Source: an uncultured Collinsella sp.
GTDB lineage: Bacteria; Actinomycetota; Coriobacteriia; Coriobacteriales; Coriobacteriaceae
Assembly (NCBI GenBank): GCA_958450865.1
Contig: CAUDNY010000008.1
Span: 56,748-120,747 of the forward strand
Length of the DNA stretch: 64,000 nucleotides
Reading direction: 5' to 3'
The notes under the pieces are model-generated. The model was given only the letters and a program-made list of their open reading frames with translations, did no database searches and was not told the origin of the DNA. The translations under genes were made by a program, and so were the position numbers. Positions within the stretch are counted from its first letter, which is position 1, and each line of letters opens with the position of its first letter. Positions 63,945 to 64,000 of this stretch are shown one piece after another.

Positions 63945-64000
63945 GGTTACGCGGGCTTACCAGCCCGCGTAACCAGTTGACGCTGCAAACCCGCCAGAGC
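63945..64000 (+). repeat. structured intergenic element, copy D (A-type; truncated by the window end)
   Basis: gggttacgcgggcttaccagcccgcgtaaccagttgacgctgcaaacccgccagagc begins right after the LCP stop codon. Matches copy A module for module. Confidence 0.75.

Overview
High-GC (about 60-65 % by eye) chromosomal segment. Gene content and codon style fit a Gram-positive Actinomycetota genome, most plausibly a gut Coriobacteriia such as Collinsella or Olsenella; this taxonomic call is inference only. I support about 55 protein genes and find no rRNA, tRNA, CRISPR array, transposase or integrase. Gene blocks in order: (1) kup 3' end with a truncated kdpD-like kinase and kdpE. (2) rlmKL, a HAD hydrolase, and a DeoR regulator with an ascorbate-family PTS (IIA/IIB/IIC) bracketed by two paralogous transaldolase-family genes. 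(3) tex. (4) A LysR-controlled SDR/MFS/Gfo-Idh-MocA operon and a GGDEF protein. (5) A MarR plus heterodimeric ABC exporter operon. (6) pdxK overlapping a TIGR04076-type gene, and a LMW phosphotyrosine phosphatase. (7) A lower-GC glv-type alpha-glucoside locus (RpiR, GH4 6-phospho-alpha-glucosidase, PTS EIICB). (8) An aromatic-acid decarboxylase island: LpdD-IDI fusion, anion permease, AroY/LpdC-type UbiD, UbiX and a MerR regulator. (9) A lower-GC AAA/DUF4143 ATPase cassette, a membrane protein and an aldose epimerase. (10) An amino-acid ABC importer and an M20 peptidase. (11) prfA-prmC-[hicAB]-tsaC-glpK-upp. (12) The full F1Fo ATP synthase operon, murA and an LCP protein. The best candidate for something new is the decarboxylase island. 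Its LpdD-like prFMN chaperone/D subunit is fused in frame to an isopentenyl-diphosphate isomerase (Nudix/IDI-1) domain. Both of its transcription units carry the same MerR-style promoter-operator with a 19-bp spacer. The second notable signal is non-coding. A roughly 190-nt structured intergenic element occurs in at least 5 copies with compensatory stem changes. A 31-nt GACAAAGGGAC palindrome occurs in 6 copies. Several other palindromic or MITE-like elements are packed into intergenic regions. All coordinates, repeats and motifs were read directly from the sequence; family assignments come from by-eye similarity to remembered family signatures and need HMM or BLAST confirmation.
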